IMG/VR virus record: IMGVR_UViG_3300045999_007505
DNA: 64,000 nucleotides
Source: a virus
Strand: one strand, 5' to 3'
Shown piece after piece: positions 20,692 to 30,979 of this stretch. The notes beneath the pieces were generated by a model. It was not told where the DNA came from, ran no database searches, and saw only the letters and a program-made list of their open reading frames with translations. A program made the translations under genes and the position numbers. How positions within the stretch are numbered: the stretch's first letter is position 1; each line of letters starts with the position of its first letter.

Positions 20692-21909
20692 TTATCCTGC
20701 GTTTGACCCACTTACTAATAAATTATTCCAATCATCGACAACTTTATCTGCATTTGTTATGGACCAATACGATGTATCAGCATTTATCGTATGAAATCTA
20801 AATTCTTCATTTAGATTACAAATTGCAGTTATACCAAAAACATCGCCTTGCGTAAATGACGAATTTGGAATAGTAACATCAATATATAAATCTTGAACGC
20901 CATATTGTCCTATACGTCCAGGCGTAGCTTGTTGTACTTGATCTAAATAATTATCTAATTGTGTTGATAACGTAGATCTTAAATTAGGTCGTAATATATC
21001 AAGTTGTATATTAGTACTAATTAAATTAGATCTGCTTGCTGGTTCAAGTCCATTTAACGGATTATCTTGTAAAACATTTTTTAAACTATTAATAAATGTT
21101 GATGACAATATTATTGAATTTACGGGCGCCGAACTATTAGAAATTGATATAAATGTTGCCTTAACTTCTGCATCGGATGCGTTTGTTTGTCCCAACGTGC
21201 AATATTCGTTTGCATTTATTATGATATCGTTTATTAATTGTACAAATGCGTCTTGTTGCTGCGTATTTTCAAAATTTGAATTATAAAATGGCCCTAAAAA
21301 CGTTCGATTTAATCCATCTTGTGTTGTAGTTTTTGCAATATAAAAAAACGCAGTTCCGATGTCAGCAGAATTTGGCGTATCAAAACGATGTTGCAATTTA
21401 ATTCTAAATCTAAGATTTGCACCGGAACGTTTTATCTCTTTAGTAATAAAATACCTGTTTATTTTCTGAGTAGGGTTTCCATCAACTAACTCATCCATTA
21501 ATATACCAGAAGGTATTCCGATTTGTATTTTTCTAGATTCCGTTGGTTTATATCTTGCATAAACAGGATCAATTAAAATATCATCTAAATTTATCGGAGC
21601 TGGTTCAAAACTACCAGTAGCAAAAACGATTGCAGGGAAACTAAAATATTGAAATCTAGTTTGTACGGTATTTAAAAAACTTTGTTTATTGATCTGTCTA
21701 GCAGTTGGCTCAATAATAAGTAAAGGATTATCAATACTATTTTCAGTTATAATAATATTTCCTGCAGAATCTCTAGGTATAATTGCAGTATTATTTGAAA
21801 CTGCAGTTAGGCCATTTTGTAAATAAAATGATGCAGGTGAGGCAACTACGAATTCTTCAGAATTTGGATCTTTACCTGGGCTACCTGCTAAATCTTGTTG
21901 TTTTGCCAT
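20692..21909 (-). CDS. Structural protein, tail block
   Basis: Intact ORF translationally coupled within the baseplate operon. Confidence 0.6.
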   Translation of the reverse strand: MAKQQDLAGSPGKDPNSEEFVVASPASFYLQNGLTAVSNNTAIIPRDSAGNIIITENSIDNPLLIIEPTARQINKQSFLNTVQTRFQYFSFPAIVFATGSFEPAPINLDDILIDPVYARYKPTESRKIQIGIPSGILMDELVDGNPTQKINRYFITKEIKRSGANLRFRIKLQHRFDTPNSADIGTAFFYIAKTTTQDGLNRTFLGPFYNSNFENTQQQDAFVQLINDIIINANEYCTLGQTNASDAEVKATFISISNSSAPVNSIILSSTFINSLKNVLQDNPLNGLEPASRSNLISTNIQLDILRPNLRSTLSTQLDNYLDQVQQATPGRIGQYGVQDLYIDVTIPNSSFTQGDVFGITAICNLNEEFRFHTINADTSYWSITNADKVVDDWNNLLVSGSNAG

Positions 21910-23105
21910 TATCTAACTACTTTAAAATAAATTTGGTCATCGATATACTGCTGTGTAAATCCATCTGTTATCATGAATTCTAAACGATAATATCGTTCTG
22001 GCATAAAACCATTCATATCCATGTAAATGTAATTACTAGTATTATCGCAACTTACTTTATTATAAATATTATCAAACGGAATTATGTATTCGTCCGTTGC
22101 AGCATCTAATACTGCATAATATGTAGTAGTTGGTAATTTTTGTACGGTTTGTGTAGGAAATAAATTTGTTGGAGATTTTATAGGATACTTATCTCGCGCA
22201 TAAATTCTAAGCTTAATTATTTCGGTATCTTTATATTCTGGTTTTAATTTTGAATATATTAAAAATGATTCTAAATCAACATCATCTAATGTAGAAGCAT
22301 ATTCCGAATTATCGAAATACATGATCAATCTAGGAACATATACGGTATGCGTATCCCTACTAAAAAATCGAATATAACCGCTTACGCCGGCAACGGCCTC
22401 ATCTGAATCAGAAAATTTTAATATGAATCCATTATTTTCTATAGTATGTCCGCCACTTCCGCTAATCCATAAATCGATTGCATCAGTTACATCCATATAG
22501 ATGTCAGTTGGACGATAAGAAAAAGATTCATTTTCTTCTAAACCAGGTTGATGAAAAAATACTTGATTAAAACTAGATGTATTAAAAAATCCACTACCCG
22601 ATTGCCACAACCAACTTCCGCCATACCCAGAACCAGATACATATAATGATGAATTGTTTACTTGAATTTGTTGAGAACTAGAAATCCACAAACTTCCAGA
22701 TGTATTATCTAATGACCATGAAGCATACGGCGTTGCCCATTGTGCGCCATCTTTAATAATTGGCGATGCACCTAAATAACCTGTACCATTTATCCACGGC
22801 TGTCCTACAATTTTTGCATCAATTGTATATTCACTTGGCAAATTTTTTGCATGAGTTGTAAATAACTGTAAAATAAATTTGCATGAACTTAACGGCACCG
22901 AATATGTTGATAATACTTGTTGAATCTCACTCATATCAAATTTAATCAATGATCTAGATTTTAACAAAGTACTGCCATCTGTACTTAAACGTTTACCAAT
23001 TTCTAATACTTCATCTAGTCCAGTATTCGTAAGACTAGTAGCGCTACTAGTAGTAGCTCCTTCATATAATGTAGCATCAGATTGTGCATAAAATATTCTA
23101 AACAT
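21909..23105 (-). CDS. Structural protein, tail block
   Basis: DATLYE...NTGLDEVLEI...RSLIKFD...FFSRDTHTVYVPRL, a DNRLRE-like beta-sandwich pattern. Confidence 0.6.
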   Translation of the reverse strand: MFRIFYAQSDATLYEGATTSSATSLTNTGLDEVLEIGKRLSTDGSTLLKSRSLIKFDMSEIQQVLSTYSVPLSSCKFILQLFTTHAKNLPSEYTIDAKIVGQPWINGTGYLGASPIIKDGAQWATPYASWSLDNTSGSLWISSSQQIQVNNSSLYVSGSGYGGSWLWQSGSGFFNTSSFNQVFFHQPGLEENESFSYRPTDIYMDVTDAIDLWISGSGGHTIENNGFILKFSDSDEAVAGVSGYIRFFSRDTHTVYVPRLIMYFDNSEYASTLDDVDLESFLIYSKLKPEYKDTEIIKLRIYARDKYPIKSPTNLFPTQTVQKLPTTTYYAVLDAATDEYIIPFDNIYNKVSCDNTSNYIYMDMNGFMPERYYRLEFMITDGFTQQYIDDQIYFKVVR

Positions 23106-23112
23106 AATTACC

Positions 23113-23574
23113 TTAACTTCCAGAGCCTGTACTAATCATTAAATAACTGCCACTTCTCCATAATTGATTTACAACTCCTGGATTTGTAGTAGGTAACGAT
23201 GCTGTATACATAAATACGGTTCCTTGTGTAATAAATGTGCTAGAAACATTTACATAATTAAATGAACCGGTTGTCGTTTGTGCTATAGATCCAGTTAAAT
23301 ATGATGAAGTTGTTGCATATGATGCAGATTCTGCATTACGGACATATGATGCCGTAACAGCATATGAAGAACTAACAGCATTCAATACATATGACGCAGT
23401 AGTAGCAGTTCCAGTTAATGTACCAATAATACTTCCTGTTATGTTTAATGATCCGGATATAGAAACCGATTCAGTTACATTACCAGTAAATACATCGTAT
23501 AAATCTTTAACAAAACTAGCAGAAATTAATCCACCAGCAACAATTTGCGAACGATTTGTATTCAATACGCCCAT
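23113..23574 (-). CDS. Small fibre-like structural protein
   Basis: Repeated ASY/SSY (TASYV..A) motifs typical of fibre shafts. Confidence 0.55.
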   Translation of the reverse strand: MGVLNTNRSQIVAGGLISASFVKDLYDVFTGNVTESVSISGSLNITGSIIGTLTGTATTASYVLNAVSSSYAVTASYVRNAESASYATTSSYLTGSIAQTTTGSFNYVNVSSTFITQGTVFMYTASLPTTNPGVVNQLWRSGSYLMISTGSGS

Positions 23575-23606
23575 TATGATCCTTTTTACATATAAATATC
23601 AAAGGA

Positions 23607-25490
23607 TTAATAATTTACAACTCTACCTCGAATATCTTGATTAGGAAATTTAATTTCAAAAATACTAGGATCCAATGATGGATATATTACACCATTTTTT
23701 GTAGCAGTATCAATATCATAAATATTTCCAGAATAATTTAATGTAGTATCAAATAAATTTGTAATTTGTATGTTAATAACATTTTGAACGCCTTGAACGT
23801 TTGCTAAAACATTCATGATGTCTGATTTAACAATTGGTTGATTAATTTGCCAAACATCCGGATCAAAATATGTTTTTAATGTTTCTATACATTTTAACAA
23901 TACTTCATTGCTGTTATAATTAGATAAAACTGAAATTTCAAAATCAACGCCAATATTAATAATAAAAGCATCTTTGATATTTATAGCATCTGTTAAAATT
24001 CTATAATAATTTAAATATGTTTTTAAATTTTCTTTGATTGCTTGATTTAATTGTGTTAGTTGTTTAGATGAATTATAACCTAAAACATACATATTCAATG
24101 CTAAAGGATTTGGAACTCGTCTATCAATTAACTCTTGTTGAACAATTTGATCGTCTGGTACAATATATGTTTTTGATACACTACCAAATTTTGGTGGCAT
24201 CGAATATGCACGTATTATGTAGTCTTCTCTAGTTACAGAACGATTTTGTGTTGCAAAATTAGCTAATGCGTGATTTTTAATGTCTTGTATTGTTTCTACA
24301 TTTTTTGCACCAACTGCAGGCGTTTCATTATTTACCGATACAGAATTTTTTGCAAAGTTAACCATACTTGCATTATTAGTAGAATTTATATCTTGTACAT
24401 ATTCAATTGATTTAATGTTAGTTAATGTATTTGCAGCAACATTTTCATCAATTCCTGTGCTAGTAGTATATGTTACTGTTAATGTTGTATTTGCTGGTGC
24501 TTGTCCGTATGTTCTAGTATATAAAAAATTAGATGGGTCAATGTCAACATCAATTGCACGACGAAATCCAGCTAATCCATTTCCAACATTATCTGGATTA
24601 GGAACAATTTCTTCATCATTATTACTAGAAATACCAGCACCAAATTGTAATTCCATTTTATTATCGCTACGCAATCTTGTTATAAATCGTTTTGCAGCTC
24701 TTCGAAGTTTTAATAAACTAGGCGCAGCATCTCGATATGCGTATAATGTAGGATCATTTTCTGCAATATTAGGTACAGATTCAAAAATTGTATCTTGAGC
24801 TAAATATGGTACTTCATACCAAGCATCGCCATCTGATTCTACAACCGATACTATTTCGACTACATTTGTATCAGGCAATACAATCTTATCATATGGAATT
24901 GGAGTAGTAAATGTATATGTTGCAGTAACAACATTTCCCGATACTGCTCTTACTTGTTTTTTTAACAAATAATATATTGGATCATTTGTAACTGTATTTG
25001 TTTGAAACACGGTTACTGTGGTTGGATTATTACTAGAAGAAAATGCAAAATCAACAGACTCCAATGTTCGAAATTCAACGTTACCTGTTTGTTGTTTTAC
25101 TTGCATGCCCGGTTTAATTGATAATGCATAATTAAAATCAGGTCTAGTATTTGATCCAGAGCTTATAGCAGGCACTAATTGAAATACATCTAAATCAACA
25201 TATGCTGGTATTGCATTTTTTGGTTTATATCCTAACGCTCTTGCTAAATCATATACATTTGCTCGTTCGGTAGCTTGTTCTAGTAACGATTCTTTTAAAT
25301 TAGTATCAGCATAGTATGACAAAACATCGCCAACATATGCAGATAATTCCAAGAACAACATACCAGGAGATGATTCATTAAAATCAGTATAGGTTTGTGG
25401 AAAGTATTGTTTTGTGAAATCAATTAGATTTTTTCTAAATTGACCAAAATCTTTTCCTAAATATGATACATCTCGTTTTTTTAGTTCCAT
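23607..25490 (-). CDS. Baseplate wedge subunit (T4 gp6-like)
   Basis: DFGQFRKNLIDF..YF...DFNESSPG..LELSAYVGDVLSYY, QNRSVTREDY; adjacent to the gp25-like gene. Confidence 0.88.
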   Translation of the reverse strand: MELKKRDVSYLGKDFGQFRKNLIDFTKQYFPQTYTDFNESSPGMLFLELSAYVGDVLSYYADTNLKESLLEQATERANVYDLARALGYKPKNAIPAYVDLDVFQLVPAISSGSNTRPDFNYALSIKPGMQVKQQTGNVEFRTLESVDFAFSSSNNPTTVTVFQTNTVTNDPIYYLLKKQVRAVSGNVVTATYTFTTPIPYDKIVLPDTNVVEIVSVVESDGDAWYEVPYLAQDTIFESVPNIAENDPTLYAYRDAAPSLLKLRRAAKRFITRLRSDNKMELQFGAGISSNNDEEIVPNPDNVGNGLAGFRRAIDVDIDPSNFLYTRTYGQAPANTTLTVTYTTSTGIDENVAANTLTNIKSIEYVQDINSTNNASMVNFAKNSVSVNNETPAVGAKNVETIQDIKNHALANFATQNRSVTREDYIIRAYSMPPKFGSVSKTYIVPDDQIVQQELIDRRVPNPLALNMYVLGYNSSKQLTQLNQAIKENLKTYLNYYRILTDAINIKDAFIINIGVDFEISVLSNYNSNEVLLKCIETLKTYFDPDVWQINQPIVKSDIMNVLANVQGVQNVINIQITNLFDTTLNYSGNIYDIDTATKNGVIYPSLDPSIFEIKFPNQDIRGRVVNY

Positions 25491-25491
25491 G

Positions 25492-25935
25492 TTAATCTAT
25501 CCGTAATATTCCATTTTCAGCTGCAAATATTACTATAGTATTAGTTTCAATCGATCCAAAGACTGAAAACTCTATAGTAATTTTTACGGTATGTTCTGGT
25601 ATAATTTCACTTGAATTTATGTTTATGTCCAACGTTTCAATTGTTAAATACGGTAACCAATATGAAACTGCAGTTCGTATTATATCATTTATGTCATTAA
25701 TTAAATAATCAGTCATTGGTTGAAATAATACATTTAATAAATTACAACCAAATTCTGGATGATATAATCGTTCGCCTTTTCTTGTTAACAATAAATTACG
25801 AAAATTATCTCGGGCTTGTTGCGTACTAGTATAATTCGTTGTAAAAATACCAACTCCATTAAACGTGGCCTTAATACCTAATGGTATAGGATTTGCTGAT
25901 GGTACATCAATATTGGTATCTATTACATACGCCAT
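25492..25935 (-). CDS. Baseplate protein gp25-like
   Basis: NLLLTRKGERLYHPEFGCNL...LF...WLPY signature. Confidence 0.9.
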   Translation of the reverse strand: MAYVIDTNIDVPSANPIPLGIKATFNGVGIFTTNYTSTQQARDNFRNLLLTRKGERLYHPEFGCNLLNVLFQPMTDYLINDINDIIRTAVSYWLPYLTIETLDININSSEIIPEHTVKITIEFSVFGSIETNTIVIFAAENGILRID

Positions 25936-26468
25936 TATCTACCTTTCTTATTGTTAATTGCTTTCATTAAAGCCGAATAATCTCGAGTCATTGCTTGTTG
26001 TACTTCTTCCGGAACTTCAAACGTTTTGCCCGTTTCTGGATCTTCCATAATCTTAGGAGCAGCGGGAGCTATTCCCATTGCTTCTTTCATATTTTGTCGC
26101 ATTGCTCCAAAATTAGCTGCATCGCGCGATGTCATTCTAATTTCTTCCATTCCTTCATTCATAATATCTTTAAAACTGTTCATAGCCATGGGTTGTTGTT
26201 CTACCAAAGCATCAGTTTCATTTAAAATATCTGCCCATTTATTTTCTGTAAAAAGTACTTTTGGTTTTTTTCCCGATTCACTAACCATTCTAGGTTCAAC
26301 TCGTATTACTTTATCTGAATCTGTTTTAACAGATTTTGCTATACTTTTAAGATCTGCCATTTCTACAATTGTAGATTGTAATCCTTCTCGAAGAATTTCA
26401 GTTAATTCCTCCTTTATAACTTCACGTACGGCAACTTTAAGTGCTTTTACTAATGTTTTTGAATCCAT
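25935..26468 (-). CDS. Hypothetical late protein
   Basis: Intact ORF, upstream ATATTTAT motif, several I/L-x-E motifs near the N-terminus. Confidence 0.7.
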   Translation of the reverse strand: MDSKTLVKALKVAVREVIKEELTEILREGLQSTIVEMADLKSIAKSVKTDSDKVIRVEPRMVSESGKKPKVLFTENKWADILNETDALVEQQPMAMNSFKDIMNEGMEEIRMTSRDAANFGAMRQNMKEAMGIAPAAPKIMEDPETGKTFEVPEEVQQAMTRDYSALMKAINNKKGR

Positions 26469-26495
26469 ATGAATACTTTTATATAAATATTAGGT

Positions 26496-27308
26496 TTAAT
26501 AATTTATACCACGTGGCCATTCTGTTCTTATGACTTTTGGACCATAAATAATTCGATTAACAGTATCAATAAAATAATCTCCTGGTTTTCCTAAGTCTGA
26601 TTGCGGTGCAGCTTTGCCTTCATAAACTTTGCTAGGAGCTTCTTGTAATGATGCTAATAAATCTTGTTGTTGTTCTACTAAATTTTGAATAGTGTCATTG
26701 CGTTCTATTAAATCAGAATCAGATACATTAGCCGTATTATAAAATTCAGTTTCAGTATCTTGTAAATTAGTTGGCGTTAATTCATTTGGCAATTCGTATT
26801 GTGTTTGTTCTGTATCGCAAACTGTAGATAATGTATCTAATGAATTATTTAATGGTAAACTAATACCAACCAATGCTCCTTTTAAAATTTCTGGAATTTG
26901 TGCCAATTGATTAATTGCCTGTACAGAATTTGCAATTGTCATGTTTTGTACTGCTAATAATTCTGCTGCAATTATTGCAGGTGCAGTAGCTGGATTAAGT
27001 AATTGTGCAGCTTTAATTGCCTGCGCCGTAGTTACTGCTGCTTGTAATCCTGAGACAACTGGTTGAATTTTGCTTGGTAACTGTTGCAACTTAGTTATTG
27101 AATCTAATACGTTTGCTAAATCTTCTTTTGCTTGTTTTGTTTTAGGATCATCGCAACCAGTTGTTTCTGAAATTTTGTTTGTTGATTCTAATAAATTATT
27201 AATATCGGATACTAATTTAGAAACTTGAGTATTAACTTGATTCATTAATAAACTAACACCTTTTGCTGGCAATGCTGGTATTTTGTCTAATGGCGGTGTA
27301 ACTGGCAT
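26496..27308 (-). CDS. Hypothetical tail/baseplate-associated protein
   Basis: Helical N-terminus; C-terminal GKPGDYFID...YGPK...W motif seen in tail proteins. Confidence 0.6.
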   Translation of the reverse strand: MPVTPPLDKIPALPAKGVSLLMNQVNTQVSKLVSDINNLLESTNKISETTGCDDPKTKQAKEDLANVLDSITKLQQLPSKIQPVVSGLQAAVTTAQAIKAAQLLNPATAPAIIAAELLAVQNMTIANSVQAINQLAQIPEILKGALVGISLPLNNSLDTLSTVCDTEQTQYELPNELTPTNLQDTETEFYNTANVSDSDLIERNDTIQNLVEQQQDLLASLQEAPSKVYEGKAAPQSDLGKPGDYFIDTVNRIIYGPKVIRTEWPRGINY

Positions 27309-27310
27309 AC

Positions 27311-28345
27311 TTATCCTTTACGTATAAAATAATTTGTACTTAATAGTGAATTTAATTTTGTTCTAGCAGATGCAATTCCGGCCGTATTAATAAATTGACT
27401 AGTAATGCCAGCTGTGCCTACGGTACCCGAACTCAATGTCGATAAGATATCGTTTAATATCTCATACAGAACTTTTCCGTGCGGTATTGGTTCGCCGGCA
27501 GCATCGTTACCCATATAAATTTTAGGTGCATTTAACACAATCGCTTTAGGCGAATCGATAACTGCAATGTCTGTTTTTGCAGTTAAAATAATTCTATCTG
27601 CAGATCCTAATAATTGAGACTTATCAAAATTTGATTCAGATTTAAATTTAGTTAATGGCTGTTTTTTAGAATTTATACCTAAATAAAAATTAGGAAGTTT
27701 TTGTGTAGTTGTTAAATATATCGATGCTGGATCTTGTTTTATATCTTCAACTACAAATTGTTTATTGTTTTTATTTTTTTGTCCGTTAGAAATAATTGTA
27801 ATCGGATCACCTACATTATCGCCAATCCAAGTTGAATTTAGTAATCCTGGTTGTGATGTTACGGTACTGCCTATACGTATTGAATTGCCAAATCGCCCTT
27901 CAATAATTAAATCACCCTCATAAGGTTGCAATGGCGATATAGACATCGGTTTAAAAACATTACCTGGTTTAATTTCGCGCGCTTGTTCTTCGGATATTGT
28001 CGAGCCATAAGATATTCCAGGAACTAAATTTGCATTTACTGAAGATTGAATCGAATATGGATTCAAATAATACCATTCGATGTTAGTGCCATCCAATGTA
28101 GTTTCTTGACTATATGCTCGAAAAATTAAAACATGTTCTCCAATTAACGGAATTTGTTTAAAATTCATATTAAATGGTCTACATGTATAAACATCAAATT
28201 GTTTGGTAAATCTATTAATAACTCGAACTTGAATCGTAAACAATTTGTTTGTAGTCGACACAGAACCAGATGCAATATATTTTAATGTATTGTCATACCC
28301 CGTTACAACTTCGCCAACCAAAAACAGAATGCTATCTTCATTCAT
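27311..28345 (-). CDS. Baseplate hub/spike-like protein (gp5 OB-fold-like)
   Basis: PLIGEHVLI, PYEGDLIIEGRFGNSIRIGST; position next to gp25/gp6. Confidence 0.6.
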   Translation of the reverse strand: MNEDSILFLVGEVVTGYDNTLKYIASGSVSTTNKLFTIQVRVINRFTKQFDVYTCRPFNMNFKQIPLIGEHVLIFRAYSQETTLDGTNIEWYYLNPYSIQSSVNANLVPGISYGSTISEEQAREIKPGNVFKPMSISPLQPYEGDLIIEGRFGNSIRIGSTVTSQPGLLNSTWIGDNVGDPITIISNGQKNKNNKQFVVEDIKQDPASIYLTTTQKLPNFYLGINSKKQPLTKFKSESNFDKSQLLGSADRIILTAKTDIAVIDSPKAIVLNAPKIYMGNDAAGEPIPHGKVLYEILNDILSTLSSGTVGTAGITSQFINTAGIASARTKLNSLLSTNYFIRKG

Positions 28346-28769
28346 TGTTTTCCTTTTGCGATTTATTCATTGATTCAATGCGTTGTTTTAACGCAGCAGA
28401 TTCTTGTTCAATTGAATCTAATTCATCGGTTAATTCTGAAGATAATGTTTGTTCAGCAACACGTAATAATTGTTGTTTTTCTTCTTCACTTAATAAACTA
28501 TCAGCACCTGATATTGTTTGCTTGGTTGAAATGTATCGTTGTACGATTGCAGTTAGTTTAACTAAATGATCGTCATTCTTAACTGCAACGTCTAAATATT
28601 CTTTAATTAATGGCACAATGATAGTAGCATCCGATGCATTTTTAATTAACGGTTGCAATTGTGCAATAAGCTGATTTATTTGTCGATCTTTCTTTTTTGA
28701 ATTGTGATATACATCGGACATTAAGTCAGCAAAGGTGGTTCCTTTGAATAATTCATCATTTTTGTCCAT
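28338..28769 (-). CDS. Hypothetical helical protein
   Basis: Intact ORF with upstream late motif. Confidence 0.7.
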   Translation of the reverse strand: MDKNDELFKGTTFADLMSDVYHNSKKKDRQINQLIAQLQPLIKNASDATIIVPLIKEYLDVAVKNDDHLVKLTAIVQRYISTKQTISGADSLLSEEEKQQLLRVAEQTLSSELTDELDSIEQESAALKQRIESMNKSQKENNE

Positions 28770-28793
28770 ACATAAAACCCTTTAAAATAAATA

Positions 28794-29492
28794 TCAAAAA
28801 GGCAATTTTATGAAGTTTGTTTGTTCATACTGTTTAAATTTGTCATCATAAATTTGCTTAAGTACTTTTACAACGCGAGTAATATTAGTAGTTTCCAATC
28901 CAGATCGTTCGCGGATAAGTATATACAATGCCTTTTTATTAAATTCCGCAATATTTTCTCGAGTTTCAAAAATATGTAATACTGAGTCTGCTACATGAAT
29001 GTCGGTTGAATTTGAAAAAATATAATTTAAATTTTCAAAACAAAAATCAACATACGCATCCATGAATTCTTGTAGCGTTTCGCGCATTTCATCGTTATGT
29101 ATTTCTGTAATAACATTGCGTTGTTCATCAACATCAATTTCTAATGCATCGGACTTTAATTTATTATAACCTTTTTGATTTTCTGCAATCAAATAATTAA
29201 ATGATGTTCTAGTATAATATGAATATGCTTTTCCTGACAATGGATTAAATTTATCTAATCGAGCAGTTAAATATGTAACTAAATCGGTTTGTAAATCTCG
29301 AAACGATGAATCAATATAATCAGGCTTAACCTTATTAATAATATTTTCAGTTAGTTTCATGAATGCCGGATAAATAAATCTACGATAAATTTTTTCTCGT
29401 TGTGCTACATGATTAGATTTATTATATGCGGATATTGCAATGTCTGTTATTTTCGTAAAATATGATTTACTTTTTTTCTTCCTGACCATCAA
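28794..29492 (-). CDS. Putative late-transcription sigma factor (T4 gp55-like)
   Basis: Region-2-like LDKFNPLSGKAYSYYTRTSFNYLI resembles the gp55 F.P...AF.YFT motif. Confidence 0.6.
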   Translation of the reverse strand: MMVRKKKSKSYFTKITDIAISAYNKSNHVAQREKIYRRFIYPAFMKLTENIINKVKPDYIDSSFRDLQTDLVTYLTARLDKFNPLSGKAYSYYTRTSFNYLIAENQKGYNKLKSDALEIDVDEQRNVITEIHNDEMRETLQEFMDAYVDFCFENLNYIFSNSTDIHVADSVLHIFETRENIAEFNKKALYILIRERSGLETTNITRVVKVLKQIYDDKFKQYEQTNFIKLPF

Positions 29493-29784
29493 ATTGTTCC
29501 TTAAGATTTGTAATTACTTCATTTAATAAAGCAAATGTAGTACCTGCCTCATCCTCCGATTCAAATGCACCCAAATGATCAAGCTTTTTCATAGTTTCAT
29601 ATGCATCAACTATTTTTCCATACATGAATTCATTTGTTAATTCTAATGAACGTACATAGTCATCTGTTTGTTCTTGAATGTCGCCAACTATTCCAGCGAG
29701 GAACCATACGCGATATCCTAAATATATGCTAACACCGAGTAGCAATATTGTTGTTATGATAAAAAATAACATGTTATTCTCCAT
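29467..29784 (-). CDS. Membrane-anchored hypothetical protein
   Basis: N-terminal TM segment. Confidence 0.65.
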   Translation of the reverse strand: MENNMLFFIITTILLLGVSIYLGYRVWFLAGIVGDIQEQTDDYVRSLELTNEFMYGKIVDAYETMKKLDHLGAFESEDEAGTTFALLNEVITNLKEQFDGQEEKK

Positions 29785-30550
29785 TAAATGCTTTGAAAAT
29801 ATCCGTTAATGTTCGTTCAACATCTGGATTATTTTCAGCTAGATTTTTTAATCCCGTAGATTTTTGTGCTCTGCTTTTTTCTGAAACTGGTTTGGGAGTA
29901 ACTTTATCTTTATTTCTCCAACGCTCAAATTCAATTTGTGCTGCCATATGATCTGCATGATGCAAAATGATAGGTAAATTTGTTTTTAATTTGGCTTGTG
30001 CTGAGCGAGCAACATAATAAGGCTTATTTGCATCATCATACATTCCATCATGAATTTTAATTGCCTGATATTCATTCCAAGACATTTTAACATCATATTC
30101 TTGTAGCAACCAAATTGAAAGATCTGGTACCATAGTGAATGGAATATTTTCGTTATGCCGATACATCTTGTTTTGATTCTTGCGATGCCAATCTGAAGTT
30201 TCAATTTGATAAACTTCGTTACCTTCGCCTGGAAATCCTACTTTACCTAAATCATGATGCATTGCAGCAAACATTAATTCTTCTAAGGTATATCCGGACA
30301 TATCTGCACCCGATGATTGCCATGTCGCATATAACGTTTTAGCACAATCCATTACGCGAAGTACATGATCTACATACCCTCCGGCAAATGCATTATGAAA
30401 ATGTGCAATGGATGAAGCTGGCATCATAACAATGCGATCTTCTAATTCATCATACATTTTATGTATTTGTGCTGCTCTTGTTGGAAAGAATGTGTCAATT
30501 TCTTTGCGAAACTGTTCCCAGTTTGATTTGATTTTTTCTGCTTGTAACAT
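29774..30550 (-). CDS. HD-domain phosphohydrolase
   Basis: HNAFAGGYVDHV, HHDLGK, IHDG, HHAD motifs. Confidence 0.88.
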   Translation of the reverse strand: MLQAEKIKSNWEQFRKEIDTFFPTRAAQIHKMYDELEDRIVMMPASSIAHFHNAFAGGYVDHVLRVMDCAKTLYATWQSSGADMSGYTLEELMFAAMHHDLGKVGFPGEGNEVYQIETSDWHRKNQNKMYRHNENIPFTMVPDLSIWLLQEYDVKMSWNEYQAIKIHDGMYDDANKPYYVARSAQAKLKTNLPIILHHADHMAAQIEFERWRNKDKVTPKPVSEKSRAQKSTGLKNLAENNPDVERTLTDIFKAFNGE

Positions 30551-30566
30551 AACTTATTATATTGAT

Positions 30567-30755
30567 TTATTTTCGTATTTCCAATACTTGTCCATTAACA
30601 AGCTTTGACACGCATTTATAACATGTAACGGCCGTTGCATTTACATCTACTTTTTGACAAATTTCATCGCAATATTTGCATTGTAACTTTTTAAAGCCCT
30701 TAGGAGTAGGACTACTTTTTATTTTTCTCATTTGTTTTGGATTAACCGCGATCAA
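30567..30755 (-). CDS. Small zinc-ribbon protein
   Basis: CKYC...CYKC. Confidence 0.65.
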   Translation of the reverse strand: MIAVNPKQMRKIKSSPTPKGFKKLQCKYCDEICQKVDVNATAVTCYKCVSKLVNGQVLEIRK

Positions 30756-30933
30756 TAAAATAACGTGCTTCTTCTAATTTTTTAATTGCACGAGCTAAAT
30801 TGTCTAATGTTGAATTTTTATCAATTTTTCCTTCGGTAATTGCTTTACCTACATTTCTAACAATTTCTTTTGCATCTTCTACATTGTCAATAACATTGCT
30901 TTTGTACTTATACTTTGGATCATAACTTGGCAT
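30742..30933 (-). CDS. Hypothetical protein
   Basis: Intact short ORF in operon. Confidence 0.6.
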   Translation of the reverse strand: MPSYDPKYKYKSNVIDNVEDAKEIVRNVGKAITEGKIDKNSTLDNLARAIKKLEEARYFIDRG

Positions 30934-30979
30934 AATTTTACCTTTTATTTAATTATTAATATTATATATAATAAATATA